This document shows, piece by piece, positions 36,281 through 46,999 of a stretch of DNA of 64,000 nt; the first letter of the stretch is position 1; every line of letters starts with the position of its first letter. The notes beneath the pieces are model-generated. The model was not told the origin of the DNA and did no database searches. It saw nothing but the letters and a program-made list of their open reading frames with translations. The DNA comes from an uncultured Methanosarcinaceae archaeon (GTDB taxonomy: Archaea; Halobacteriota; Methanosarcinia; Methanosarcinales; Methanosarcinaceae), in NCBI GenBank assembly GCA_963727895.1, contig CAVSHT010000003.1, positions 64,001 through 128,000 on the forward strand, in the 5' to 3' direction. Position numbers and translations under genes: made by a program.

Positions 36281-37091
36281 TTACCTTCTTTTATACAAGA
36301 ATACACAAATTAGACAAATGATACCAGCACCTATTCCAAAACCGGGTGTCTTTGTGCTTCCATTCTCAGAATTATTTTGGGTAGTAGCGTTTGTCTGATC
36401 AGGCATTTGTTCAGCGTTTGTTTCTGTACTGTTTTGTTCAGAATCCTGCACGTTATGTTCAGATTGTGTTTCTGTTGCAGCTTCTGTTACATTAGCTGTT
36501 ACATTGCTTTGATTCTCAGAAGAAGCGCTGACGGTATTTGAATTTCCACTACTGCTGCTACTTACGCTGGCGCTACCGGTACTGCTCCCACTGCTCCCAC
36601 TGCTCCCACTGCTCCCACTGCTCCCACTGCTCCCACTGCTCCCACTGCTCCCACTGCTCCCACTGCTCCCACTGCTCCCACTGCTCCCACTGCTACTGCT
36701 GCTACTGCTACTGCTACTGCTACTGCTGCTGTCACTGGAACTACTTTCTTCCACACTTATTACTGCAGTTTTATAGGAAGTTCCATTTTCGTTACTTGCT
36801 GTTAAATTTGCTGTATAAGTTCCTTCTGAAGAATAAACATGAGTTGGACTCTCATCGGTTGATGTATCTCCATCTCCAAAGTCCCAATTCCATCCCGCTG
36901 CATTTTGCGAAAGGTCTGTAAACTGTACGGAAAGAGGGAAATCACCGCTGGTGACATTTGTACTGAAATTGCTAACCGGAATAGAGAAACACTCTGGATG
37001 AATCAATTTTGCAACCATTTCGATCGCATCTACAATCCGTGGTCCTCCTCTACTAATTGTATCAGCGTCAACAAGAATTAGATGGTTATTC
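36281..37091 (-). pseudogene. 3' remnant of substrate-binding + PKD + PGF-CTERM surface protein, truncated by an IS1 end
   Basis: SRGGPRIVDAIE, PKD, Ser linker, TPGF + TM + YKRR; N-terminus abuts IS1 TIR at 37092. Confidence 0.8.
36581..36688. repeat. Perfect 9-bp tandem repeat x12 (ACTGCTCCC; Gly-Ser-Ser)
   Basis: Direct count, 108 bp. Confidence 0.95.
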
Positions 37092-37625
37092 GGCATTGTT
37101 ACTTAACTATATCTAGTTATTTAGTTGGTATTGTTAACTAAACATAGTTAACTCTTTATTTCTTTATTTCATCAATAGAATAACCGAGTACTTTAGCATT
37201 TCAAGACTTTTTGTATAACACTTTGTTTTTCTTCTCAATCTTGCTAGAAAATGCCTCAATATGCTGTTATATCCTTCAACAGTGTACGTTTTTGCTTTGG
37301 ATTGAGTATGAATAGTTTCTGGAAGAAACTCTGCATATGCCCTCCAGTGATCTGTCATCACTTCTCCAATCTCTTTTTTCTTCAATTTTTCCCAGAGTAG
37401 TTTTCCAATTTCCGTTCCTCTGCTACCAAAAGAGCAGTTGATGAACTTTTTCCCAACTCTATCAACAGCAATCCAGATCCAGCAATATTTTTTTTTGTTG
37501 CCGATGTACGTGTGCATTTCATCCATTTCAACAATAGAGATCTCATTTTCACTTTTTAGGTCCTCTAACTCCTGACCAAATTTCTTTATCAATTTTTGGA
37601 CAGAAACATGACTCACCCCTAAAAC
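37092..37625 (-). mobile_element. IS1 5'-truncated copy with two stacked right ends
   Basis: TIRs GGCATTGTTA (37092) and GGTATTGTTA (37127); InsB homology; A9 fusion. Confidence 0.9.
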
Positions 37626-37656
37626 GCACATGCTTTTCTTCGAATAACAAGCACAA

Positions 37657-39147
37657 CTAATGAAAGTACTCTCCGTTCTTTTTTTTGACTATTAAGCCCT
37701 CATTACCTTGGGCAGTAAGGTTGTCTCGATTTTGGTTTTTCAAAACCGTCCTAAAACTAATCAGTGAATTGCCATCGAAGGCTCAAGTGTGACTTTGATC
37801 ACGGATGCTAAATTGGCCTTTTAGGCAATTCCACTGCCCAAATAAATTTGGTGATCTAATTTGATTGAAGTCATAAACAAAGCTTGTGGTTTAGACATTC
37901 ACAAACTCTTTTTCATTGCTACAATTTTCAGTAGATCTGGTGAAAAACAACAGCAACGTTTCAACAGAGATGATGAAGGAATTTTAGCCCTTAAAAATGG
38001 GGTAATATCAGAAAAATGTGATGTTGTTGCATGTGAATCAACCAGCTACTTTTGGGTTCCGATTCATGATTCATTGGTAAAGCATCTAACTGTGATAGTT
38101 GGAAATGCGCGAGATATGAAGGTATTTACCCATAAAAAACAGATAAGATTGACTCAGAAGTCATTGCACAACTTGCACTTAATAATATGATTCAGCCATC
38201 AAGAGTTTTTCCAAAGGATCATATAGATTTTAGATCATATGTTCGACTTCGGTTAACACTTGTACAAAAAAGAACAGATTTAAAAAATAAAGTTCACTCA
38301 ATTCTTGCATCTGAAATTCAATTCTTGCATCTGAAATGCTACACCTGAATAATGTGCTGACAGACGTTTTTGGCAAGAATGGCAGAATGATCTTATTAGG
38401 AATCTCTTCAGGTAAGAGTGTTGATCAGATTATTGCAAGCCTCTCTCCAAATGTTCGGAAAAAAGCTGCTCAGATAAGAGAAATTCTTGATCGAGAAATT
38501 TCTCAAAGTGCTGCATTCAGACTTCAGATCTGTCTGAAACTCATAAAAAGTCTTGATGATGAACTCGAAGCTTTAGAAAAAGAAATTTTCAATTATGCTT
38601 CTCGAAATCATAAGCTAGAAATGGAGATTTTAATGTCAGTTCCAGGTATAGGGGAACTTGGTGCGGCAATTTTACTTGCTGAAATAGGCAACTTTAAGAA
38701 TTTTTCTTCTGGAAATAAGCTTGCTTCTTGGCTTGGTCTAGTCCCTAATGTGTATCAATCTGCAGATAAATACTATAACGGCAGAATCACAAAGAGGGGA
38801 TCAAAAGTAGCAAGGTGGATTCTGACACAGATTGCTCAAGCAGCAGCAAGAAAGAAGAATAGCAGGTTAAAAGAGTTTTTTAACAGAAAAAAGAAGTCGA
38901 TTGGACATGCAAAAGCAATTATTGCCTTAGCAAGGAAAATTGCAACTGGCATCTTATTACAAACGATGAGATGGACGAAGATGAAACCGGATATCAAAAG
39001 GGAGAAATCCAAAAGAGAAAGATTATTGAGACTGAGATTTTTTAGGTTGATGAACGGATTAAAATAATTAGTGGAATATTTGCGGTTATGGGGAAAAAGG
39101 ATCAAGAGAGCACGTGAGGATAATCTCCTCATGTACTTTCATGCTAA
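37657..39147 (+). mobile_element. IS110 family element (recombinase pseudogene 37861-~39115)
   Basis: CGLDIHK, ACEST..W.P, SVPGIG...AEIG, GLVP..QS motifs; frameshifts; 20-bp duplication 38298-38337; subterminal IR ATGAAAGTAC/GTACTTTCAT; CTAA at both junctions. Confidence 0.85.
37700..37845 (+). ncRNA. Candidate IS110 bridge/seek RNA
   Basis: Nested stems TTGGGCAGT/ACTGCCCAA, GAATTGCC/GGCAATTC, GGTTTT/AAAACC, GTGA/TCAC; loops contain CTAA. Confidence 0.65.
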
Positions 39148-39441
39148 ATAGAAAAAAGGTATGTAAATACTTAAAGCTAACTAATAATTCTTGGAGAGTA
39201 AATGAAACTCACGTTAAAGTAAAAGGAAAATGGAAATACCGTTATCATGCAGTTGATTCAACTGGAAACGCAGTTGATTTTCTGCTAAGTACAAAGCGTG
39301 ATAAGAAAGCCGCGAAAAGTTTTTTAAGAAAGCTTTGAGGTTTAATCAGAATCAAATTCCAAGGGTAATAACCGTCTATAAAAATCCAGCTTATCCACCT
39401 GTTATAGATAAACTGAAAAATGATAAAATACTGCCTAAAAA
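39148..39441 (+). pseudogene. IS6 family transposase fragment
   Basis: SWRVNETHVKVKGKWKY.YHAVDSTG..VDFLLS..RD..AA..F. Confidence 0.85.
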
Positions 39442-39592
39442 GGTTCCGTTGCAAAAATCTTCTTCTTACACTTTTAGGCTATAATTGGTACCTTTATGTA
39501 CTATTTTTATGGGTGATGAGAATAGTTAACTTTCCTAATTATGAAGGTTTTCAACGATTATGTAAAATAACCAGATTTTTTGCAATAGAACC
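39442..39592. mobile_element. IS6-ended MITE
   Basis: GGTTCCGTTGCAAAAATC...GATTTTTTGCAATAGAACC. Confidence 0.75.
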
Positions 39593-39620
39593 TTTGGATA
39601 GGCCCTAAATACAAATATTT

Positions 39621-39977
39621 TCAGGTTCTCCCGTATTTATCCTCAAGCCTCTCTATATCGTCTTCCCCGAGGTAATTTCCCTGCGCGATTTCAACAAAAA
39701 CGAGATTTTTATTGTCTATATTTTTTACACGATGTATCTCGTGTACCAGAAGATCAACAGAATCGCCTTCCAAAACCTTGATTTCACTTTCATTTTTGGT
39801 TACAATTCCCTTTCCACTGATTATGTACCAGTGCTCGCTTCTGTGAGAATGACGTTGAAGTGAGATTTCACTATGGGGTAATATAGTAAGGATTTTGACT
39901 TTATATCCTAGCCTCTGCATAATCACCTCATAGTGCCCCCAGGGCCTTTCTGACTCATTTTTGCATTTTGAACTCAC
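39621..39977 (-). CDS. Cupin, type II mannose-6-phosphate isomerase C-terminal domain-like
   Basis: RPWG.Y, SLQRH.HRSEHW, GNYLGEDDIERLEDKYGR. Confidence 0.9.
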   Translation of the reverse strand: MSSKCKNESERPWGHYEVIMQRLGYKVKILTILPHSEISLQRHSHRSEHWYIISGKGIVTKNESEIKVLEGDSVDLLVHEIHRVKNIDNKNLVFVEIAQGNYLGEDDIERLEDKYGRT

Positions 39978-40992
39978 GTTTGCATTTCTCCAGAATTATT
40001 TCGTACACCTTAATGTAATCATCTACCATCCTGTCAACAGAGAAACGTTTTTCCACACTTTCCCTACATTTTTTGCGGGATATAGAACCAACCTTTTGCA
40101 CAGTCTCGGCAGCTTCTTCAACGCTGTTAATCAGAAATCCAGTTTCTTTATCCCTTATTAGCTCAGGCATCGAACCCCTGTTCATTGCAATTACCGGTGT
40201 ACCGCTAGCCATAGCTTCAACCACACCAAGTCCGAAGGGCTCATCATAATTGATCATGTGCAGCAAAGCAGATGCATTTGACAGGAGTTCCTTCTTTCGC
40301 TCAGGATCGACATTTCCCTCATAAATAATCTGTTCATTGTCTATATAGGGTAAGACTTCTTTTTCGAAATAAGTCTGGTCCGCGATAAAACCAGCTATTC
40401 TGAGTTTTCGGCCGGTCTTTTTTGCAACTTCTATTGCTTCTTTTGCGCCCTTATTTTCATGCAAGCGCGATAAAAAGAGGAGATAATCCTGTGGATTCTC
40501 ATTGAAATAAAAGCTTTCTACGTCTATTCCATGCATAACTGTTGCTATATAATCCAGTTCACTGCATCTGTAAGCATCACTTATCGATACATAAAAAGTT
40601 TTATCATTGTACTTTTTATAGACAGGTAAAATTTTCCGTGAAGAAATTCCATGTATGGTTGTTACAACTGGCGTATTGACAAGTGAACTGTAGGTCAGAG
40701 GAAGATAATCAAAATGGTTATGGATTATATCGAACTCACTTGCTCTCTCAAAAACTTCCGATATGTGCAGGCATTCGCATACCTTTACTAATATACTATT
40801 ATCTTCTTCGTAGGGTCTAGGGCATACTGCATGAAGTTTGGCTAAAGTGTGAGAATCTGCTGTCGCAAATAATGTAACGTCAATTCCTCTTTTAACCAGC
40901 CCCTCGGTTAATAAAGATACTACCGATTCCCATGGTCCATACTTTTTAGGTGGCGTGCTCCAGGCAATCGGAGACAACATTGCAATTCTTAT
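39955..40992 (-). CDS. GT4 family glycosyltransferase
   Basis: RIAMLSPIAW.TPP..YGPWE; EPFGL.VVEAMASGTPV; expected start codon is ATA (next ATG 40980). Confidence 0.9.
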   Translation of the reverse strand: MRIAMLSPIAWSTPPKKYGPWESVVSLLTEGLVKRGIDVTLFATADSHTLAKLHAVCPRPYEEDNSILVKVCECLHISEVFERASEFDIIHNHFDYLPLTYSSLVNTPVVTTIHGISSRKILPVYKKYNDKTFYVSISDAYRCSELDYIATVMHGIDVESFYFNENPQDYLLFLSRLHENKGAKEAIEVAKKTGRKLRIAGFIADQTYFEKEVLPYIDNEQIIYEGNVDPERKKELLSNASALLHMINYDEPFGLGVVEAMASGTPVIAMNRGSMPELIRDKETGFLINSVEEAAETVQKVGSISRKKCRESVEKRFSVDRMVDDYIKVYEIILEKCKREFKMQK

Positions 40993-41057
40993 AATAATAC
41001 CCCCAAAATATTTAGATCTCTAAATTTATTCTTAAATCCAAATGTAATTTCATTTTA

Positions 41058-41175
41058 TAGGACTTACGCACTTGAAGTACAAAATCAAGAACAATTGACG
41101 TTGTGACGAATTCAGTGTTTTAGACAGTTAAGGGTTTAATGCTATTGATTTCTCAGTCCAACTGCGTAAGTCCTA
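41058..41175. mobile_element. MITE with TAGGACTTACGCA terminal inverted repeats
   Basis: Perfect 13-bp TIRs. Confidence 0.85.
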
Positions 41176-41300
41176 ATTTTAGTTATAATTTTATTTTAAG
41201 AGCTTATCCCAAGACTCAAAATTGGTTCTCCTAATCTAGTATTCTTGGTGATCAATCGAGTTTATGGTCATGGAAAATAGTTCATAAGGAAGTTGAAATT

Positions 41301-42362
41301 TTACTTTTTTGAGAATAAAACTGGTTTTGGGATGATATCTAATTTTATATCACCTTTCTTTGGATCAGTGGATTTTCCTCTGTTTTCTTCAAACCATCTG
41401 CAGTATTCATCAGGGCATTGTGTCTCAGGACATCCATGGATATACTCCAGGATATCGTGCACTTTTGCGCTGGCCATTGATACTGATACATCCGCACTTC
41501 CATAATAAATACGGATTTCATCGTTCACTAAGACCCATCCGCAAGGGAAAACAACATCATTAACGTCTCCACTGCGTTCATACATTTCACGAGGTCCGAA
41601 AACCCATCCTTCGGACCTGTGGAGCACTTTTCTGGGATCTTCAAGATCAAGAAGAGCCAGTCCAAGCCGATAACTTGCTTTAGATGTTGTCTGGCGTACT
41701 CCATGGTACATAATTAACCATCCGTCAGATGTGAGGAGTGGCTGAGGGGATAGACCTATCTTGTTTGCATCCCACCATCCACCTTCTCGGGCATACAGAA
41801 GAACCTCATGTTCTCCCCAGTATTTCATATCTGGAGAAAAGGATATCCAGATGTTTGCCTTCGCACTTGCAGACACAGGCCTATGTAACATTGCCCATCT
41901 ACCATTAAATCGTACAGGAAAAACAGCAGCATCTTTATTTTCAGGAGGTAGAGTAGCTCCCATTCGTTCGAAATTACGGAAATCTTCTGTAAGAGCAAGA
42001 GATGGTAAGGGCCCCGAATCTGAGAAAGCGGTATATGCTACAGCCCATTTTCCAAGTTCATCTATATAAGTTATACGTGCATCTTCAATGCCGTATATCT
42101 CTTCAGGGTAATTTACGGGATCTGGAGAAAAGGTTGGCTCAGGATCAATTTCCCAGCCATCAATTCCGTTTCTGCTCCTGGCTATTGTAAAGTGAGAAAA
42201 GCCTCGGTGGTCTTCGACCCGTACCATTAATAAAGTTATACCATCAACTATGACAGCCGCAGGGTTAAACACTGAATTTGCCTGATAAGGCCAATTTTCA
42301 ACAGTTAGTATAGGATTTTTCTCACACCTTTGGAACAATTCTCCATGGTCTTTCCATATCAT
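41301..42362 (-). CDS. GH130-type beta-mannoside phosphorylase/hydrolase (five-bladed propeller)
   Basis: VFNPAA, GIEDARIT, NKDAAVFP, LHRP, YHGV, VVFPCG, YYG.AD. Confidence 0.88.
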   Translation of the reverse strand: MIWKDHGELFQRCEKNPILTVENWPYQANSVFNPAAVIVDGITLLMVRVEDHRGFSHFTIARSRNGIDGWEIDPEPTFSPDPVNYPEEIYGIEDARITYIDELGKWAVAYTAFSDSGPLPSLALTEDFRNFERMGATLPPENKDAAVFPVRFNGRWAMLHRPVSASAKANIWISFSPDMKYWGEHEVLLYAREGGWWDANKIGLSPQPLLTSDGWLIMYHGVRQTTSKASYRLGLALLDLEDPRKVLHRSEGWVFGPREMYERSGDVNDVVFPCGWVLVNDEIRIYYGSADVSVSMASAKVHDILEYIHGCPETQCPDEYCRWFEENRGKSTDPKKGDIKLDIIPKPVLFSKK

Positions 42363-44857
42363 GTTACTTCCCTCATTCCGCCTTGATTTTCTGATAAAAG
42401 GCTCTTTTTCTTTTGTAGAACCCTGTCACTTACTTTGGACGGGAACACCGTAATGATGGCTTCATTTTCGTGTTTATTTAACGAGTTCGTTAATAGCAAG
42501 CTCCTTTTATTTTGAAGAATCCCGTCATTTACTTTAGATTTAAATATCGTACTGAAGGGCTGATTTTCGTGTTTATTTAAAGAGCTCAAAGCCATAAGGT
42601 AGCAAATTATGGATTCCGCACCCTGGTTGCAGTTCATGCCATCGGAGTTGAGCCCGTCACATACTGCACCTGTCGAATAATCGTACATAACAGCTTGCAA
42701 GCGGTTTCTACCTAGAAAATATTCAAAAGAACATTTTGCGAGTTCCAGATATTTCCTTTCACGCACAATCTCATAGGCTGAAACATAAGCCTGAGTCAGA
42801 TAACCTGCCTCTATAGGCTGCTGGTCAAAAAGCGGTTTTTTTCCATTATAGGAATACCAGCCGTGATTTCCAACTAGATCAAAAAAGTCGCCTCTCCATT
42901 GAATCTCAGTAAGAAAATTCAGGGTATCAAGGCCAATTTTTCTGTAAGTTCTGTCTTTAGTGTAATTATACGCCAGTAAAAGGGATTCACTTAGTTTTGC
43001 ATTGCTATAGGTAACTGTAGGTTCGAACCAGTTCCAGTCTTCTTTATAGTTAGCCTCATATAAGTCAACCAGGGAATCCGCATGGCTGATAAATATGGAT
43101 TCAAATTTGTCTCTGTCTACAAGAGAATCTATGGACTTGACTGTATCTCTGCGTGAGTTAAATACAGATTTAAATTCATCAGCATCCACATCTGTCCTGA
43201 GCATCTCATACAAACCGCATATTGTATAGGCTTTTGCTCTCGGAGAATCCAGATTTTCAATTTCCTGCCTGGATTTTCGGATCAGGGTATTTGCAAGGGT
43301 ACGCAGATTTTTTGAAAGGTAAGGGCAGCTCACCACATGTCCGAGTCCATAAATTGCACGCCCTAAAGTGTCTTCACTACCTTTTTCATCCAAAAATTCC
43401 CTTTTATAACTCATGAAGTTATGAAAGTGACCCGTGTCGGTCTGGGCATGTTCAAGAAAGCTCATGTATGTAGTAATTAACTTACGAAACTCTTCGGCTT
43501 TTTTCGGGCTATCTATCAGTTGTGTTAGTGCAACAAGAGCTCGGCTTATATCATCAGTACTGTATCCATAACGGCGAGACGGTACACCAAGATTGGTGTG
43601 CTGGATAATTCCCACGTCATCAGTCAATAGCTTAAGATGATCAAGTTTAACTTCAGGCAGCTGAATAGGAAGGAAATTAAATCTGTTTTGTATTCCGGGA
43701 TAGGTACTGTAATTCTTTAAAGCCTTATTGAAAACAATATTATATTCTTTACCTACATTTTTCCATGTCATTTTTCTGCCAAAATCATATGCCTTTTTGC
43801 GCATATCATTACATTCTTCCGGATTTTCAATTAAGTATAGTAGGGATTTTTTAAAGCCATCAGTGTTTCCAAAATCTACAAGTAGCCCACGATTTTCGGA
43901 AAGCATTTCCTGGGCATACCAGTAAGGAGTGGATACTATTGCTTTTCCCATACCCATTGCATAGGTCAGAGCACCACTTACTACCTGTTCTCTGGAAAGG
44001 TAAGGGGATACGTAAATATCACTGGCAAGGATATAATTGCAGAGTTCTTCTTTTTCGACAAATTTGTCGTGGAATATTACATTGTTTTCAAGCCCGAGTT
44101 CGGAAACCTTGTTTTCAAGATAATGCCTGTATGCTTCTCCCTGAGTCTTTTTGACCATCGGGTGTGTGGCACCCAGTACAAGGTAAATAAGGTCAGGATA
44201 CTGGCTTACAACTTCAGGAAGAGCCTCGAGCACACTTTCAATACCTTTATTCTGGCTCAGCAGGCCGAAAGTAAGGATAAGCGGAGCCCCTTTCAGATTC
44301 AGCATCTTTTTGTACTTACTGCAGTTGTTAAATGGGCAGTCAGGTACTCCATGAAATATTAATTCTATCTTGTCCTCAGGAGCTTTATAAACGTCTTTTA
44401 ACATGTCGATTGAAGACTGGCTCATCACAACAAGCTTTTCGGAATATCTGATAAGTTTTTCTGTGGATACCCGGTACTCAGGTTCAGGTTCTCGAATTAC
44501 AGTATGCATTGTGGTTATTACAGGCTTATTTATTCCAGATAGAAGAGCAAAAATGTAATCTCCTGCATCCCCACCAAAAAGACCGAATTCATGCTGAAGA
44601 CATACGATATCAGCATCAGATTGATTTATATAATCTGCAGCCAGGTAATAATCCTCGATCCTGTCCCTCTGAATTTGAAAAACGACTTCTTCCGAATAAT
44701 TATAAGTTTCAGAAGGATCACTCAAAGCAATAACTTCACAATGAACGTCTTTATATTTTCTAGAAACTGAATTTAAAAGATCAGAAGTGAATGTAGCAAT
44801 CCCACATTCTTTTGGAACATAAGTTCCTATAAATAATACTCTCAATTGTTTCTTCAA
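42359..44857 (-). CDS. GT4 glycosyltransferase fused to a C-terminal glycosidase-like (alpha/alpha)6 domain
   Basis: CGIATF, QHEFGLFGG, SGALTYA.G.G..IVSTPYWYA; C-terminal GIIQH, YSTDD..RAL, FDQQPIEA, NQGAES. Confidence 0.88.
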   Translation of the reverse strand: MKKQLRVLFIGTYVPKECGIATFTSDLLNSVSRKYKDVHCEVIALSDPSETYNYSEEVVFQIQRDRIEDYYLAADYINQSDADIVCLQHEFGLFGGDAGDYIFALLSGINKPVITTMHTVIREPEPEYRVSTEKLIRYSEKLVVMSQSSIDMLKDVYKAPEDKIELIFHGVPDCPFNNCSKYKKMLNLKGAPLILTFGLLSQNKGIESVLEALPEVVSQYPDLIYLVLGATHPMVKKTQGEAYRHYLENKVSELGLENNVIFHDKFVEKEELCNYILASDIYVSPYLSREQVVSGALTYAMGMGKAIVSTPYWYAQEMLSENRGLLVDFGNTDGFKKSLLYLIENPEECNDMRKKAYDFGRKMTWKNVGKEYNIVFNKALKNYSTYPGIQNRFNFLPIQLPEVKLDHLKLLTDDVGIIQHTNLGVPSRRYGYSTDDISRALVALTQLIDSPKKAEEFRKLITTYMSFLEHAQTDTGHFHNFMSYKREFLDEKGSEDTLGRAIYGLGHVVSCPYLSKNLRTLANTLIRKSRQEIENLDSPRAKAYTICGLYEMLRTDVDADEFKSVFNSRRDTVKSIDSLVDRDKFESIFISHADSLVDLYEANYKEDWNWFEPTVTYSNAKLSESLLLAYNYTKDRTYRKIGLDTLNFLTEIQWRGDFFDLVGNHGWYSYNGKKPLFDQQPIEAGYLTQAYVSAYEIVRERKYLELAKCSFEYFLGRNRLQAVMYDYSTGAVCDGLNSDGMNCNQGAESIICYLMALSSLNKHENQPFSTIFKSKVNDGILQNKRSLLLTNSLNKHENEAIITVFPSKVSDRVLQKKKSLLSENQGGMREVT

Positions 44858-45622
44858 ATAATCCCTCCAAACTTACATTGATTTATATACTTTTTGATAT
44901 CTGGTCGTGCCCTCGAGTTACTTAAAATAGTGAGCATAATAATATCTCATCATTTTCCTCAAATGCAAGGAAAGTACTCTTTTTTCAAAATAGATCCATA
45001 ATTCACGGACACTATCAAAATCTAGACCAAGATAAAATTTCAGATCAAGATCTCACCCCAAAACTCAAAATTGATTCCCTAAATCTCAAATTTTGAACCA
45101 TAGGTCGAGTTTCTTGTCATGGAATATAGTTTTGAAACTTTTATTGATTTAAGAAACTTGGTTTGGGGATGAGCTCATACATAAGAATTTCAGTCAATGG
45201 ATTCCTAAAAAATAGAATATTTTATAGTCCCATATATTAAAAATCTCAGTATTCTTCATGCAGACTCTTTATCCGTAAATCATTATTGAATCGAGTCTTG
45301 CAGTGCCGATTTTTGTCCAGTATTTGCAAATACTACAATACTGAGTCTCGCCATCTGAGCGCAATTTAAGGTTCGAGTGGCATTTTGGACATATTTTTAA
45401 ATGTTTCATGAATAAAACTCCTTGAATTTTAATTTTAAGCTCATTCCAAAACTCAAAATTGATTCCCTAATTGATTCCCTTAGTATTGAATTTTAAATGA
45501 TTAATCAAGTTTTTCGCATACCATTTTTAATCGCCTTTTAATGGTATACCACCTTACCACCCATTTTCAGTGCTCAATTTTCAGCAAACTGATTATTCGT
45601 CTTTTGTAGTCACATGGTTATA

Positions 45623-46072
45623 TTATGCAAAGTTGTCTATAATTCCTTTAATCTCTTCTTTTGACACTATTACTATTACATCTTTAGTTTCACTGAATGA
45701 GTCAGGATCATATGCAAGCAGGCACATTCCAAACGCATCACAAGCAATTAATAAATCATCCGAACACACACCAGCCAATTCACGAGCAATCTCTTCTGCG
45801 GTGATCTCCTCCACATGATCTACACTTACAACGTTGTTCTCCTTGTAGCGCCTTATAGGAGTAAAACCCTCAAGATGAAATTTAATTCCTTGCTTTACTG
45901 TTTGATCATATGCTTTTGAGATAATGTTAAAGAGATCTAGTACAGTCTGTGTTTCTGGATTCCAGTGATTAGCATAAAATTTCAGAATGTCAGTCTTTAC
46001 ATTAAAGTTAAAATCGGATATATTCGATTTTTCCATAGATTTTTCCATAGATTTTTCCATAGATTTTTCCAT
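45623..46072 (-). CDS. Hypothetical protein with N-terminal (MEKS)4 repeat
   Basis: 149-aa ORF; 12-bp tandem repeat at the start. Confidence 0.55.
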   Translation of the reverse strand: MEKSMEKSMEKSMEKSNISDFNFNVKTDILKFYANHWNPETQTVLDLFNIISKAYDQTVKQGIKFHLEGFTPIRRYKENNVVSVDHVEEITAEEIARELAGVCSDDLLIACDAFGMCLLAYDPDSFSETKDVIVIVSKEEIKGIIDNFA

Positions 46073-46262
46073 ATTATCCTTCGTTTTCCATAGTGTTTTT
46101 TGATTATTCTTTCGGTTTTTGTTTCCTTATGAATACCCTAACATCTTCACCAACATGATTGCAATCTACATACACCGTCCAATTCTTTGTGATAATAGGG
46201 TGTGTCTCTGTTTTCTCCCTTTAAAGCAAAGACTTGTTCTCATATGTTTAAAATCCATACAG

Positions 46263-46433
46263 TAGGACTTCCTAAAACCCATGATTAAATCCCCATTAAA
46301 CAACAATTTTATTTTTAAGACTTAAGCCGTTGAATTGCAAAATCATTATGCTTTAGACCTTCAACTCTCTAAAACACACATTTAGCTGCAACGTCTAATG
46401 TGCTTGATTTTGTACCTAAGTGCGTAAGTCCTA
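46263..46433. mobile_element. TAGGACTT-ended MITE interrupting the upstream ORF
   Basis: TAGGACTT...TGCGTAAGTCCTA. Confidence 0.65.
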
Positions 46434-46999
46434 TTTTTCTGATCCCCGGATTCTAGTGCAATCTTTTTCATTGTCCATGCTTCTGAAGAAGTGACCCCAC
46501 AAGTCGCCACTATTATTTCAGTACCAGACCCCCCAATTAAGCACTTATTAAACTTGTTCATCTTTCGGAGTTGTGTAGATGTGACCCCATGCAATTGTAA
46601 TTCATGTGTGGTGAGCCCTTTTACTCGCAATTTGAAAGCATCTACGATTGAAATATTTACAGGTCCGATTGCTTTCAAATATGGCTGCATTTCTTTATTT
46701 TTTTCTATGAAATTCATCTTCGATGTGTACGAATTGCGCATTTTTAGAGTTTTCAGTTCCTCTCTTGCTCTTTTTCTGATACTTCGCAGGTCACAACAGA
46801 AACAGGTTGACCATCCTCCCAGATCTGTTGCAATTTGCGCGCCATGTTTGCCCTCTGAAGCAGCAGCAGTATAAGCTTTTAACGTCTCTTTTTGCTAATT
46901 GGGAAGCTGTAGTTCGTCAAATGGAACTCCCAAGCACAGTTTCTTATATTCTCTCTTAAGCTCGATTTGGTCTCTTGAGCTTGGTTTTTTAATAGACAT
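46434..46999 (-). pseudogene. Hypothetical gene with in-frame TAG (codon 35) and MITE-truncated 3' end
   Basis: ATG 46999 after a G-rich RBS is in frame with ORF 46382..46741; TAG at 46895-46897. Confidence 0.55.

Noticed and set aside
36538..36921. (CSH)n and (AVG)n ORFs
   Set aside because: Alternative frames of the Gly-Ser-Ser tandem repeat
37629..39145. CATGCT direct repeat as the IS110 boundary
   Set aside because: The CTAA pair lies against the subterminal inverted repeats and its removal rejoins an IS6-like reading (AQLNRKK); preferred but not proven
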